A stretch of 64,000 nt of DNA, from assembly GCF_001194135.2 (NCBI RefSeq), contig NC_068981.1:128418489-128482488 (forward strand). Direction: 5' to 3'. The notes under the pieces are model-generated. The model made no database searches, was not told the DNA's origin, and saw only the letters and a program-made list of their open reading frames with translations. Shown piece by piece: positions 1 through 13,780 of the stretch. The stretch's first letter is position 1, and every line of letters starts with the position of its first letter. This DNA comes from Octopus bimaculoides (lineage: Eukaryota). The translations under genes were made by a program, and so were the position numbers.

Positions 1-1253
1 TTCTGTCTCTGCAAATTACTAACCTACTTCTTTTATTTTCAAATCAATTGATATGGAAATAATTATAAAGAACCACTTCCTTCATCATCTTGAATTTCTT
101 TCTGCTAGATCCACTGGAGATATGCTTTCATTTATCATGTATTACTAGTTTCTTGTCCTTGAAAACATTAGTGAAAGCCTTACTGTTAGATCAGAAATCC
201 TTCGTTTCTTACAAAGTAGTCTATTTATGGACACTTTAGTTTTTAACCTGATGGATTAGAAGTGTCCTGTCAGGCTACAACTTCCAAAGCATGTCAACTG
301 GATTCTACATTTCACATTCTATCAATTTTTTTCAGGCTTCCTAATTTGTTTAGGTTTCCCTAACAAGCTTTTCAGTGTTACATTTAACTACAGAAACTTC
401 TACTAATCTTCACTTTTTAATAATCTGTGGTACACAAGTTTCATCCACAATACAACCTCAACACTGCAAGATAGATATGCACTGCTTCTCTAAACAAAAG
501 CACTGTAAGTATCTTCCTATAGGAACATGGCAACCTAGTCTCTTTTAACAGCACCCAGGCACTCATCACACATATAAAGGAAATAGTCTTATAATGCTAT
601 ATTATTCTTCATCAGAAACAACAGAACTAAACCTTCAAAGTCACTGCAATCACACACCTATAGCATTGCTAAAACTCTAACTCAATGCCAAGGTTTCTTT
701 TCACAGTCAGTAGATACTTTAGCCCTGATCAGTATTTTTCCCCACTCTATAAACTCAAGAGTAAATCCTTGTATCTCTGAGATAGTAGAAACACTCAGAG
801 ATGTCTATCCAGTATACTGCAATCACTAACCCAACAATGTGTTGTCTCATCTACTGCAACTTAACCTCCTTCTGCTTTTGTGACTCACTCAACAAACATC
901 ACACAAAACACTTTTCTGAATCCATTCTCTCGAACTCCCTCTTTACCATCTTTTCCCAACAATTATCAATCTACAGAGTTTCAAACATCAAGTTTTCCAC
1001 TTCACAAATGTGGAAAGGCCTGTAAAAGTTACTGGCACCACCACCTTCAACTAAATCTTTTGAAAGAGTAACATGCACAGCTTTGCATCCTTAATTTCAA
1101 CTTCCTATAACTTCTAATGTCGCTCCCCCATGAAATATTGACCCCCTTAAACTTCTCAAACAATTCCACATGGCCATCCAAAAGATATCATCATAGATCA
1201 CAAGCACATTTTTTACAATGCAGAAAATAAAGCTTATAAATAGTTCATATTAC

Positions 1254-1333
1254 TCTGTTCTCCAGTCTGTCAACCAGACTTGACAGTCGATACAGTTGTG
1301 TAGATAGAGTGGTCTGTGAAACGTTTCCACCAA
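1254..1333 (-). CDS. NECAB1: NECAB-family exon, coiled coil (GGNVSQTTLSTQLYRLSSLVDRLENR)
   Basis: Acceptor ttttctctctattttcAG, donor GTaata, 80 nt, phase 1 to phase 0. TQLYRLSSLVDRLE matches NECAB1 TQINRLQKLIDRLE. Confidence 0.88.
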
Positions 1334-1413
1334 CTGAAAATAGAGAGAAAACATAACAGAAAATATTTCCAACAATAGTAGCAAAGAAATGACAGACATT
1401 TCAGAAACGAATA

Positions 1414-1617
1414 TTTGTTTCAAATTTTGGCTCAAGTTCTGGGAGTAGAGGATAAGTCACTTACATCAACCCCAGTGCTCAACTGCTACTTATTTTATCA
1501 ACCCCAAAAGAATGAAAGGTAAAGTTGACCTCAGTGGAATTTGAACTCAGAATATAAAGAAGGATGAAATGTTACTACGCATTCTGCCTGGCATGCTAAC
1601 ATTTCTGCCAGCTCGCT
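1414..1617 (-). mobile_element. tRNA-derived SINE, family A
   Basis: Minus strand has the head GAGCTGGCAGAA, a box-B-like GAGTTCAAATTCC and the body CCTTTCATTCTTTTGGGGTTGATAAAATAAGTA. Homologous to the copy at 37147-37371. Confidence 0.8.
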
Positions 1618-2202
1618 GTATATTTCAGAAAACAAATATTAATATTTAATATCTAGAATAGTTACATTTATCTCCTGCTAATATTTATATCTATTGCCTA
1701 GTACTTTTTAATTCTAACCCAACCAGTACTTTTATTGAACCTCTTCTAAAATGTATGTACAACTGAGCTAATAGACATATCTAACCTCTTATAATAGACA
1801 GTAGCTTGGCAGAGTTATTGAAGTGTTAGAATACTTTTTCTGCCTTTGTTCCAGCACTCTACACTCAAAGCTCAAATTCCAATAGGGGATCAAATAAAAT
1901 ACCAGTTTGCACAGCAATGGATTTGTGAAATTGTTAGTGTCAAACAACATGCCTTGTGGTGTCTGCTCCTTTCCTTAGCATTCTGGTTTCAGATTTCACC
2001 TTGGGGTAGACAGCCAAGGCTTATTACTCTATCCACATCATATGTGGCCAGTATGACTAGGTAGACCTATAACCAAGGTAGATTAACTGGCATGGCATAC
2101 TGAAACTTCATTTAGTGGATCAAAAATGTATTTATGGAATGGAAGCCAAGGAGAGAGGGAGGAATGGACAAACAGACAGACAGACAGATGAAACACTCCT
2201 AA

Positions 2203-2415
2203 TATTAGTTTCAAATTTTGGCACTAAGCCAGCAATTTTGAGTGAGGGAGTTGGTTAATTACATTAACCCCAGTGCTCAAATGGTACTTATTTTATCAAC
2301 CACACAAAGATGAAAGGCAAAGTCAACTTCACAGAAATTTGAACTCAGAACATAAAGACAGATGAAATGCCACTAAGCATTTTGCCCAGTGTGCTAACGA
2401 TTCTGCTAGCTCACT
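2203..2415 (-). mobile_element. tRNA-derived SINE, family A
   Basis: Same head, box B and body as the other family A copies. Confidence 0.8.
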
Positions 2416-2834
2416 GGTATATACACTCCTAATACTGACATCTATCAACGTTCTACACAAATCTTGAATGGATAACTTACCAACCAGCCAACATATATGT
2501 TTCTGCACTATGATAATAGATAATATGGTTGTAAATAACTTTAAATTATCCACTTTGTTGTACAAGCATAGCTTGGATGATTTCAGTAAATAGAGGAATT
2601 TAACTACTTTGCTGGAAACTAAATAGTTGATATTTCCCTGGCTAGTGATAATCAGGTTCACAAACTCAATTCAGTTACTTACCTAGAAACACAGTACAAT
2701 AGTCATAGAAAGGATTGAGCTTGTGACTCTGTAGTCATTAGTTCCATTAAGTATACAACATTAACTAATAAAAGATTCTAGAAGATATGTGTTTTGTTAT
2801 GACAATCTTATTAAAGCAGGAAGTTGTGGCTTAC

Positions 2835-2977
2835 ATTCTGTCTCAGTTACATTGCTGCTAGATGAGGGATTTGGCATTGACATCTGGCGCCTTGCTCTTC
2901 TGGCTACACGACCGGGGACAATAGCTGTGTTTACTACCTTTGAAGGAGTATCCATCATGACTGGAACAATATCTTCA
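2835..2977 (-). CDS. NECAB1: NECAB-family exon, linker (EDIVPVMMDTPSKVVNTAIVPGRVARRARRQMSMPNPSSSSNVTETE)
   Basis: Acceptor tattctattttcAG, donor GTaagc, 143 nt, phase 2 to phase 1. PGRVARRARRQMS parallels NECAB1 PGKRSSRRVQRHNS. Lies inside supplied ORF 2797..3003. Confidence 0.88.
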
Positions 2978-3559
2978 CTGAAAATAGAATACACAATCTT
3001 CATATATATATATATATAAGTCTAAATAGTATATGACTTATACCTCAATATACTACATACCCTATCAGTAATTTACCATTTACAATCTCTCTGTATTCCA
3101 CAGCCTAGTACACAATTATGATACAGTTCAGTCTGCCATCATTATACCATATAATAAATAAGTGCTTCAGAATTGTCAACTATTTCAAGTATCTTATTCC
3201 AATAATTTTTCTTTGTACATGTAGAGTTCTGAAATTTTATAGATTCCCCTCTGAATTTGGTCAGCTAAGGCAACTTCTTTTCAATCACTATGGAAACTGT
3301 TAGAGCTAGAAAACACTGAGTGGAATAATTTTTTATTGAATTTTCATTTAGTTAATTGAGGATAGTCATAAGTCACAGATAAGGAGTTGACTTTATAATC
3401 AAGTTTGCAAGTTCCCTTCCACTGCATGACACTTTGGACAAGTGTTTTCTGGCATAGCCTCAAGCTGATCAATGCCTTACGAATGAAACTCATATACATT
3501 TGTGTATTCAGGCTAAATGTAATGAGGTTTTTTATAACTCCTTTTTCAAGAACAGCTTG

Positions 3560-4345
3560 ATGTATTGGTGAACAGTCAATGGTATTGGTGAGCATAAAGA
3601 TTAAAGCTGTTGTCGAAAAAAGCTACCTGGCAAGGAAGACTGGGTGTCAACTGAATATAGGAAAAGAGTTACCCATGTCATAATGATTTGCACCGGGTGT
3701 CAAAATGCCAGCATCATGACTGCTGCTCAATACCCTGTGAACACTGTGAAGGCTCTAAGACATGACATGGACATCGTGAAAATTAAGTTCCCCAAAACTG
3801 TGATGGTCTCTGGGTGTTTCCAGTGAGGGTGATGTCATGACACCCCACATCTTTGAACAGGGCACTAGGTTCATTTCAGATAGATATGTGAAACTGCTGG
3901 AGACTGTGATCAAACCCTGGATGAAGATGGTTACTGCTGGAAGGTCACATGTGAGGCAACAGAATTTGGCTCCTTGCCATACCTCCAGAAAGAGTCAGAA
4001 ATGGTTGTCAGAGAATATCTACGACTTTACCAGCCCCAATTTCTGGCTTCCTAACTCCCACAATTGTAATCCCATGGATTATTTATGTTTGGGGTGCAGT
4101 TGAGAAAAATACCACCCACTCTGCCTACAACACCAAGGCTGAGCTGGTGGCCAAGAACAAGGTGTTCAAAGATCATCCCAGGGACAAAGTGTGGAACATG
4201 TGTGCCAGGTGCTGGAGCCATGGTAGAAGATGAGGGGAGTAAACTATTATCTCCTAACCATATATATCAAGTTGATATTTTTTGATTTTTTTAAATACTT
4301 TTATTTTTAGATGAGATAGTGTTTTCTTTTATGCAAACTGTCACA
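3560..4345 (+). mobile_element. Degenerate DD37D (maT-type) Tc1/mariner transposase remnant
   Basis: ORF 3837-4103 has VMTPHIF..YVKLLETVIKPW..QQ(N)LAPCHTS..PNS..CNPMDY, with 37 residues between the second catalytic position and the final D. Frameshifted; boundaries approximate. Confidence 0.8.
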
Positions 4346-5429
4346 TTTTGCCTGAACACCACATGCGTGCGTGTATGTTAAAATCTAACTGGAGCCTACG
4401 GGTCATTTGGCCAGGGTTTATCCTATATTTTTCTCCATTATTTGCTACAGTCACCTCATCCCGCCCACTCACCCAGTCCAAGCTTCTATATCACCACACC
4501 TATCTTCACCATCCTCAATGTCCCTTGAGGACATGGCCCAACACATCCTTGCCATCATATTTCTCATCCTTACTCCCTATATCTTACTCTGCAACTCACT
4601 TCTCTTTGCTTTTCAACTGGGTATCCATGTATCTACTCTATAGCAAGACACCTATGTCTATCCTCTCTTCACCTTAAATCTTTCAACTGACCCAAAGCCA
4701 CATACCCTCAATACTACTCTCCACTCTCCCAGTCAAGGGCTACTTGTCTCACAAGGTACTTCGTGATCCTGTTGGTTCTGGTGCCAAGTAAAAAGCACTG
4801 GTGATAGTACCATGTAAGAAGTACAAGTGCTGGTGTCACATCAAAAGCACTGGAGATGGTACTATGTAAAAAGCACCCAGTACACTCTGTAAAATGGTTG
4901 GCATTAGGAAGTGTATTCAGCCATAGAAACCATGCCCAAACAGATTATGAAACCAGACAGAAATAGTTTTCTTTTTTTTTTCACTAATAATTTCAACCCT
5001 TTACTTCATCGTCATCATTTACCATCATCCATGCTGGAATGTGTTGGATGGTTTGACAAAATCCAATGAGCCAGAGGACTGCATAGGGCTCCAATATCTG
5101 CTTTAGTATGGTTTCTAAAGCTGGATGCTCTTCCTAATGCCAACCACTTTACAAAGTGGACTGGGTGCCTTTTTGCGGCACCAGCACAAGTGAAGTCATC
5201 AAGTAACTTTCAAGACAAACAAAAAAGCCCTATCAAGTTGGGGGGTCATACAGACATCCATTAAGCTCTGAAGACAGCATCCAAGTTGCTCTCAAAAGTT
5301 TTAATTTTGAGGTTATATCAAAAATGAAGTTGCATTATTTTTCTCAAACCTGAAATGGAAAAATGTTTTGAATGAAATTCTTCAAGTTTTTAACTCCTTT
5401 TATTTTGTTTGTGTGCTGTTCTTACATCA

Positions 5430-5640
5430 GTCATCATCATCATTTAACATCCATTGTTCATGCTGACATGGGTTGGACAGTTTGACTAGAGCTGGAAAGC
5501 AGGGGAGATGCATCAGACTCCAGTCTGATTTAGCATGGTTTCTATGGCTACATGCCCTCCCTAACACCAACCACTTTACAAAATGTGTTGGGCGCTTTTA
5601 CATGGCACCACACAGGCACTTTTATGTGGCACCACCACAA
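5430..5640 (-). mobile_element. RTE-type LINE 3' tail fragment
   Basis: (CAT)n followed by atttaacatcc..catgctgacatgggttggacagtttgac..ttcctaacaccaaccac. The same tail abuts RTE ORF sequence at 7665-8460 and 39195-40056. Similar copies at about 5010-5210, 6510-6720 and 44400-44820. Confidence 0.75.
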
Positions 5641-6967
5641 GTGAGACCAGTCTTAATACTTTAACATCAGTATGTTTGAATTTTTTTATTTCTTTATATT
5701 AATTGATCCAATAAAAATTGTCTTGCAAAATATATTTTTTTAGATTATATGAAACAATTTTAAGTGCAGTAGACATGTTTTTTTTCACTTTGAAGATTGG
5801 GGAAAGTTCACTTTACTCAAAATGTTTTAGGGAATACCTTAAAAAAAAGATCTTCAATGAAATGTGCACATGGGTGTATGTGCATGTGTGCGAGAGAGAG
5901 CATGGGTGTGTGTGCATGCATGTGTGTGTGTTCATGTGTATGTCCTTATCTCTAATCCTAGAGAACTTTTAAGAATCAGTGTCTTTAACTCCAGTTTCAT
6001 GGCATTAAGAAGCTGAGAGATTTACTTCTCCTATGCTAGGTTGCCAGTCTATCACAGGTTACATTTCCAGATTATCTGGTATCTATTCCCAGTAGCTATG
6101 GATTAACAAGCATCTGAACTGAGATGCATGTTTATCCATCAGAACAACAAGGACCATCTAGCCATATAGGGATGACAGATGACTTACACAGTGACTTTGT
6201 TAAAAGTAAAGATGAGATGTGCTCTGTCAATCTCACTCTCTCATCCATGACTATCTTCAATCATGTGGGAAGACCAGGTCAAGATGACAGAGGATGGAGA
6301 CAGATGCAACAGCTGACCTAGATGTCTTACTTGCCTCATCTTAGTCTCTGCACTCCACAGTGCATTGCTGCAGTCACCTTCTCTTCCATTGAACCATTAA
6401 TGATTCTTCCACACAATCCACCAGATTCAGTCTGCGATACATAGAATAAAATATACTGTACAAATGAAAAATAAAATGCTTACAGTGCATTTGCACTCAA
6501 GATGTATGAATCATCATCATCAGCATTATAATTTAATGTCCGTTTTCCATGCTGGTATGGGTTAGATAGTCTGAATGGGACTGATAAGCTGGAGAGCTGC
6601 ACCAGGCTCCAGTCATCTATTTTGACTTGATTTCTGTGGCTGAATGCCCTTCATAATGCCAACCATTTAACAGAGTGTACTGGGTGTTTTTTTACATGTC
6701 ACCAGTACAGGTGCCATCTGTAGTTCAATAGTATATTCACTCTGCCATTGCATTTCTATATGTTTTAATGTATCAAATCAAGTAGTACTCTTCCTAAAGA
6801 AACACAAGATTGTAATAGAACTTAAACCCATGGTCTAATGTTTACTTATGTGAAATTTAGAAGAGTTTACTTTCTAAACTCCAAGCAAAAACTGAAAAGC
6901 AAAATTGGAAGTTTTGCTCCCATACCTGAAAGTAAAACACAGACTAGAAGTTAATTTAATAACTTAC

Positions 6968-7104
6968 TTTTGTTCTCTAGCTTGTTCATCTAAAGCATCA
7001 GAAGCATTCTCCATCGCTCGTTGAACAGCAGTAAACTGATTCAGAATCTCATGCAGTAAAAATCTGGTCACAAACTGTTCCTTTCGAGATGAGTCTTTGT
7101 ATGT
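6968..7104 (-). CDS. NECAB1: NECAB-family exon, conserved central region (TYKDSSRKEQFVTRFLLHEILNQFTAVQRAMENASDALDEQAREQ)
   Basis: Acceptor atgatttcAG, donor GTaagt, 137 nt, phase 0 to phase 2. Contains the NECAB motif EQFVTRFLL. Confidence 0.95.
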
Positions 7105-7664
7105 CTGAAATCATAATGAATAGAGTTTTTGTAAGAGACCTTTATCTTCATTACGGTTCATGAAGTCATAAACATGAATGATCAGCAAAACTACTTTTTT
7201 TGTCAACAATTTATATATTTCCTCTCCCTGCTAACTTAATCAAATGAAAAAAATCATTTCTTTAACTTCATGCTTCCATGCACACATCGACGATTTCTGT
7301 AACAAGGTTTATTTTTTATTACGTAATGTGTTTGTGTGTGTGAGACAGACAGACAGGCACATACATAGAGATGCATTTCCTCGATTTTAAGTGATCGGGT
7401 GCCAACCTCTCAGTTTAAAAAGTTGTAATATCCTATCCCATCCTTGATTTTGTGTTGTGTTTCAGTTATTTCCCTGACAACCCTATCGATAAAGACAAAG
7501 AAATATGTACCGCAGGACCATATTCAATGTGATTCAGTACTGAGATATATTCTAAGACAGTAAGGTAAATAATTAATCCAACGAGAGTTATCTCCCTTAT
7601 CTAATTCAGCATTCTAAAAAATGACTGAAGTTCTAAACCAATGCAAGAAGCACATCTAGATGAC

Positions 7665-8460
7665 ATCGTCATCATTTAATGTCTGCTTTCCATGCTGGCT
7701 TTGAGCTGGACGGTTTGACATCGAGTTGGTCAGCTGGGAGCTGTACAGACTCCATTTGCCTGTTGTGGCATGGTTTCTACAGCTGGATGCCCTTCCTAAT
7801 GCCAGCCACTTAATAGAGTGTGTTGGGTGCTTTTTACATGTCACTGGCACAGGTATGCTTACCCAGCACTAGCATGGGCACGTTTACACAGCACCATCAC
7901 GGTTGTTTCTTATGCAGCATCAGTATCTGAAAAGACAAGCTTGTATGTATGGAAGATGATGATTTTACTTAGCTTGACGTGTAGCTTGACATGTCTTATC
8001 AAGAACAGCAAATCACCACATCTCCTGGTCCCTTGTCATTTCCTCAGTGAGGCCCAACCTTTCTCACCACTCTGTCCCATGTCTTCCTGGGTCTACCCCT
8101 TCCTCAGGTACCCTCCACAATTAGAGCTCGGCACTTCTTTACACAGCTGTCTTCATCTATACACATCACATGACCAAACCAGTGCAGTCTTCTCTCTTGC
8201 ACACAACATCTGATGTGTCTTATACCCAGTTTTCCTCTTAAATCATTTACACTCTGTCATGCATGCACACTGACATTAGCCATCCAGCAAAGCTTGCTAG
8301 CTTCATTTCTTTCAAGCCTTTGCAAGTCCTCTTTAGTCAAAGCCCATGTTTCACTGCCATGTAACAGCTGTACATACACAGGCATCAAACAATCTGTCTT
8401 TCACTCTGAGGGAGAGGCCCTTAGTTACAAACAAAGGTAGCTCCTCTCTGAACTTAGCCC
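7665..8460 (-). mobile_element. 5'-truncated RTE-clade LINE (C-terminal ORF remnant, 3' UTR, (GAT)n tail)
   Basis: Minus strand encodes degenerate RLERNEAS..WM.NVSVH..QSVNDLRGKLGIR.IRCCVQERRLHWFGHVM..DEDSCVKKC...VEGT.GRGRPRKTW. Confidence 0.85.
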
Positions 8461-9015
8461 AGCCTGTTTTTACATAATGATAATGAGCCTATTGTATACA
8501 GTTGTCTACTAATTATTTTAAAGCTAGTCCACTTGAGACCAAGCTTACTAAAGTGCTCATATTTACATTAAAAGCTCCACTAAAATTTCATCATATCATG
8601 AATTAAATTTTGAAATTTGAACAGGTCAATACCACACAAAATCTCAAGATACTCCAGTATCTTGATGATAAGGAAAATTAATTGAAGCATAAATGCAGCC
8701 ACAACATAAAGAGTTTACACTATGTTAAGATAGATCTATAACTATTTTAATATACATACGACTTGACAAAGCTAAACTGGGTTTCAGTACTATAAGCAAA
8801 AATGTAAAATGATGAGAGCCATTTGAAGAGAAATATTACTATTACTCAGCTCACTAAGAAACAGAGTCATTCCTTTCTATCCTTCTGGCCAAAACGAAAA
8901 ATTACCATATTTGGAAACAGTTGAGGGCTGGCAACAAGAAGGGCAGCCCACCATAAAAAGTTTGCCTCAACAAATTCTATCTAACCCAATGCATGGAAAA
9001 CTAAACATTAAAACG

Positions 9016-9063
<48 letters not shown>

Positions 9064-9487
9064 CATCATCATTGTTTCAACATCTCCATGTATGTGTGGG
9101 ACAGACTGCTTTTTACTAAGGCAAATTTTCTCGGGCAGGATGCTTTTCCTATATAATGTTTCAAAAACAGAACATGAAAAAAGTACCAGAGTGTCATATA
9201 TTCAACAATTCTAATTTAATATGTTAATTAAATGTTTTTGATAACATTGTTGAGTGTAATGAACCTAAAGCCACATGATTACAAGGCAGCATTTTAAGGA
9301 CACAACTACATCTTGGCCTGCAGGGCCACAGCCACACAGAGGCACTGCTTTGAAGGGCTTTAGTGAAACAAATCAACCCCAGTACTTGTTATTTTAAAGT
9401 CTGGTACTTATTCTAATAGGATCTTTTGCTGAACTGTCAAGTTATTGAGATATAAACAAACAACACTGGTTTTCAAGCAGCTAGAGA

Positions 9488-9560
<73 letters not shown>

Positions 9561-9719
9561 CATTAACATCATCATCATTTAGCATCTGTTATCCATGCTA
9601 GCAATGGGTTGGATGGTTTGATTGAAACTGGTAAGCCAGAGAACTGTACCAGGCTCCAGTCTGTTCTGGCTTGGTTTCTACATCTGGATATTGAGATATA
9701 TATATATATATATATATAT

Positions 9720-10280
9720 GAACATCATCATCATCATTTAACATTCAACTTCCATGCATGCATGGGTAGGACAGGAACCAGCCAGGTAAAAGACTACTCC
9801 AAGCTGTTGTGTCTGTTTTGGCAAGGTTTTTACAACTGAATGCCCTTCCTTACACCAACTGCTCTGCAATGTAGACTCAGAGACATGGCACCAACACAGG
9901 CGAGGTCAGTTTTGACGTGATTTTTACAGCTGGATGCCCTTCCAAATACCAACCACTTCACAGTGTGGACTGAATGTTTTTTATGTGGCACCAGCACTAG
10001 CAGGGTCACCAAGTAATTTGCAAGACATGAAATTTTGAGATTGGTGGGGAGCATTGGAGGAAGAGATCTTATATCAGATGGTAAAAGGTTAGAGAGTGAC
10101 AAAGAAATAGAGGCAGAAACAGGTGTCTTGCTATAGAAGTACATGGTTAGCCGGTGAGAGAGAGAGAAAGAGAAGGAGAGGAAGAAAGAGAGGGGAGAGA
10201 GAGGTACAAGAAAGAGGACAGAAACAGGTGTGCTGATGTAAAGGAGATACTAGGTTACCTAGCCAGAAAGAAAAGCAAGA
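9720..10280 (-). mobile_element. Non-autonomous RTE-tailed repeat with purine/pyrimidine-biased internal repeats
   Basis: Reverse-complement homolog of the 16380-17010 part of the element at 16130-17010. Ends in the RTE-type tail. Confidence 0.65.
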
Positions 10281-10634
10281 GAAGAATCGCCACATCAATA
10301 TGGCTGTTCAATATTACTACTGTTTAATACCAGGCAGATCTTCCACTAGCTGGCTATAGGTGCAGCCTCACCCAGTATATATTGCAAGCAAGAAAGTAAA
10401 CCCCCACCACCCTCTAGCAGACAACAGGATCATGAGACCAACTCAGCTTGAAGCTAGTTTTACTTATCCTCAGTTGCAAACAGAGAGATGGCCAGAATCC
10501 TCTTCAGGAAGCAATACATAGAAAACAAAGCAACCATATATATATATATATATATATATATATGCTTTTTCTATTATAATTGAAACACGTAAAATTTTAA
10601 AAAGTAGAAAGAAGTATCTTTGTAATGAATAATA

Positions 10635-11290
10635 TTGGGTTGGCAAGAAAGTAATTTCGGTTTTTTAATGTCATTTTTGTCCATACAATAAATGAACTTT
10701 AATCAATTATATATTTTCCATTTTGTTCAATGACCTTTTGCCATCTTTCTGGCAACTTCATGATTCTGTGCTCATAGAACTTCTGGTCCTTATCAGTCAA
10801 AAACTGAAACAAGTGCAATTTCAGGTCACCATCATTATTGAAAGTTTTACCATTCAAAGAATTTTGCAAACAGATTCAATTATGGCTTTGATTCAGTAAT
10901 CATCATCTTCAGTAGGGCGACCAAAATGTTGATCATCTTTGAGTGAAAAATCTCCAGAATGGAATCTTTTAAACCATTTCTGACATGTGCATTCTGTTAA
11001 GCAATCAACACCATAAACTTCACATATCTCTTTGTGAGCCTCAACACCTTTTTTGCCTTTAAGGAAATAAAAAAACAAAATATGGCGAAAACATTCGTTT
11101 TTGCACTCCATGTTAAAATTGACATTGAATTAACAGCTGTAAACAAAATTACGCACAATTTGCTTCTAAAGTAAACTAAACGTAATGGCTTTCAAATGTC
11201 AAAAGGAAAAAATCATAACATTGACAAAAGTTATTCAAAAAGATCATAACACTATTTGTGAAAAACGAAATTACTTTCTTGCCAACCCAC
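10635..11290 (-). mobile_element. Internally deleted mariner (mellifera-subfamily-like) with both TIRs
   Basis: TIRs TTGGGTTGGCAAGAAAGTAATTTCGGTTTTT and AAAAACGAAATTACTTTCTTGCCAACCCAC, flanked by TA. N-terminal HTH ORF (10893-11111) is joined to the C-terminus LQNSLNGKTF..FYEHRIMKLPERWQKVIEQNGKYIID*. The catalytic core is missing. Confidence 0.92.
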
Positions 11291-11953
11291 TATAATCAAT
11301 GTTTGAAACAATAATTTTGTGCAGATTTAATATGATCTGCATTCAACTAATTAGCCACTAACTAGGTGCTTAATTTCCCAGGCAATGCTAGGTATTCTTC
11401 TACATATTTAATACACAAATAATTTTAAAAACTAACAAGAAATAATTATGTAGAGAAGAAAAAAATCTATGAATGACTAATATGTTATTTTCATTTTTTA
11501 AGCAAGCACGAGACAACAGCAGATATTTTTGTCTTATTTGACCTCATCAAAATAATATCAGCTTCATAATACTTTTATCAACACTTTTACTGTAAAAATT
11601 AAGATATATCACTCAAAATTTCATTACTCTTCACTGCAGAAAGTACTTTTCTAAACCAATCTATCTTTTGTTGAGGAATGTCATGTTTGAAACTATTTTT
11701 TGTGAAGATATGTTAAGTTTACTGAGGTAACACGACTTGCAGAAAATACCACCATCTTAAAGAGTCCATTAAACATCATCATCCCAGATACCATCAAATT
11801 TAATTTCACAGTTAAAGGATCAAAGATTTTACCCAATCCTTCCTAATCCAGGTAGAAAACATCTGGAATTCTTGTTCTGATCTACAGATGTTGATCTCTG
11901 GAAGTTCAAACTGAACATCAACAGCATCAATCATTACATTTTGTTTGGTTAAC

Positions 11954-12284
11954 CAGTGGTTCTCAACCAAAGTCCATATGGCCCTGGATGTCCATAATAA
12001 GGTTTTTGGGGGTCCACACAACAAAATGGTATATTGGGGATCCACAGTAGCATTTTAAGGGCCCCTGAAAAAATTTTGTTTTAGATGTATGTATTGCAAG
12101 AAATGGCTAGATTTGTTTCTCTAATGTTCAACCTGTACAAGTTAATATGTGAAAATCAAAATAGGAATTTTAAAATCTGTTTCTATAAAACTAGTTTTTA
12201 AACACTGAATAGCTATGGGAATCCATCAGAATAAAATAGTAATCAAAAGGGTTCATAGATTTAAAAAATGGTTGAGAACCCCTG
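11954..12284. mobile_element. hAT/Charlie-like MITE
   Basis: Termini CAGTGGTTCTCAACC and GGTTGAGAACCCCTG. No coding capacity. An 8-bp target-site duplication is not recognisable. Confidence 0.75.
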
Positions 12285-13656
12285 GATAAGACCAATAAAG
12301 GGCATAAGTGTTTGCCCTGCTCTTCTGACAAATTGAAAAGGAAAAAGAAAAGAAAAATGTGTTTCTTCATTTCAATAAAAGTAAACAAAGTAATATCCTT
12401 TTCCTTAAATTCAAAGACAAAGCCATGTGGTGTGTTATATTCATCCCCAAGATATTCTCAATCAAGAAACACAAAAAGTAGCTTATTTGGAGGAGAGTTT
12501 CAAATAATTCTTTTTTTTATCTTTTATTGTTTTACTTGCTTCAGCCATTGGATTGTAACCATGCTAGAGTACCACCTTGAAGAGTTTTAGTGAAACAGAA
12601 CGAACCCAGTACTCATTTTTTAAGTCTGATATTTATTGTATTGATCTTTTATACCAAACTGCTAAATTACTAGATGTAAACAAAACACCACTAGTTGTCA
12701 ACTGGTGGGATGGGACAAACACAGGCACAAAGACACATACAACAGGCTTCCACACAGTTTCCATCCACAAGACATTGGTCAGACTGTTATGGAACAAGAC
12801 ACTTGCTCAAGGTGTTGCACTGAACTCAAAATCACATGATTGCAAAGTGAACTTTTTAACCTCACAGTCATGCCTGCACCTAAATTAGAAATTATTATCA
12901 TTAAAACAAAAGCCTAAATAACATATTATTTTAAATAAGTGCAGATAGTAACAGCAAATTAAACCAGTGCAAGAAAATCAACTCAAACATCAAAATGACT
13001 CACCTGATATAAAATTCAATATTTCAATCATAAAACCATGCAAAATTAAATTTTGCTTTCTAGAATCTTCTTTTTCTTTTACTGAATCTTCTGTTTCCTC
13101 TTTTTTTTTTTAATATTACTGTTCAAAAATAAATTGTTTCTAATTTATAAAATAATTTTTATTTTTAAATTACATAATTTTTTCATGTTCTTGTGACAAG
13201 TGTTCTTGAGGAAGAGATAGGCCCAAACAATAATCCACTCGTGATTTTTCAACAAAACTAGTTTCTGCCACTTCAGCCACTACCTCAGTTGGAAATTATG
13301 ATCTCACATCTTTCCTATAGCCGCTCACTAATATATGGCAATGCTCCTCATCAAAAGTAACTGTGGTTACTCTTGCCCTGAAGCTTGATCATTACATCAA
13401 TCACATTTTCTAACCATTCCTATAACCAGGTTTACATAAATATGACAATTTCATACAATGGTAGGATGCTAAAAAGTAGACTATGGAAGTAAGTTAAGCT
13501 GGTGAAAGGACTTTTAAGTCACTAATGACTCACAGATATCCAGTTTACTATCACTTACAAATTCCTTAAATAAATTTGAACTAATCTCCTGAAGCTGAGA
13601 CAACAAATTTATTCCTCTGTGTGGAAGACAGATAAATTACAAAATCGTTGACTTAC

Positions 13657-13780
13657 TTGAGAGGTAGAAAATAAGACACTGGTCATATTGGAGTTGAGGT
13701 CATCAAGTACAGCATAAATATCTTTAAACGCTCCAAGATGTAAAGAGAAGTAAGCACAGAGCTCTTCCGTATCAATGTTA
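13657..13780 (-). CDS. NECAB1: NECAB-family exon (NIDTEELCAYFSLHLGAFKDIYAVLDDLNSNMTSVLFSTSQ)
   Basis: Acceptor gtatttttcAG, donor GTaagt, 124 nt, phase 2 to phase 0. Matches NECAB1 [29 protein letters not shown]. Confidence 0.95.

Noticed and set aside
1-1200. Further downstream NECAB (ABM-domain) exons
   Set aside because: No splice-bounded frame resembling the ABM domain was found. The region looks like decayed, unassignable repeat sequence.
2677-2834. Read-through of the 2834 donor to a stop (CKPQLPALIRLS*) and a CTAG|GTAAGT motif at 2682/2683 resembling a recursive or alternative splice site
   Set aside because: A short open frame after a donor is expected by chance. An AGGTAAGT 8-mer is expected roughly once per strand in 64 kb of this composition. 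No independent support.
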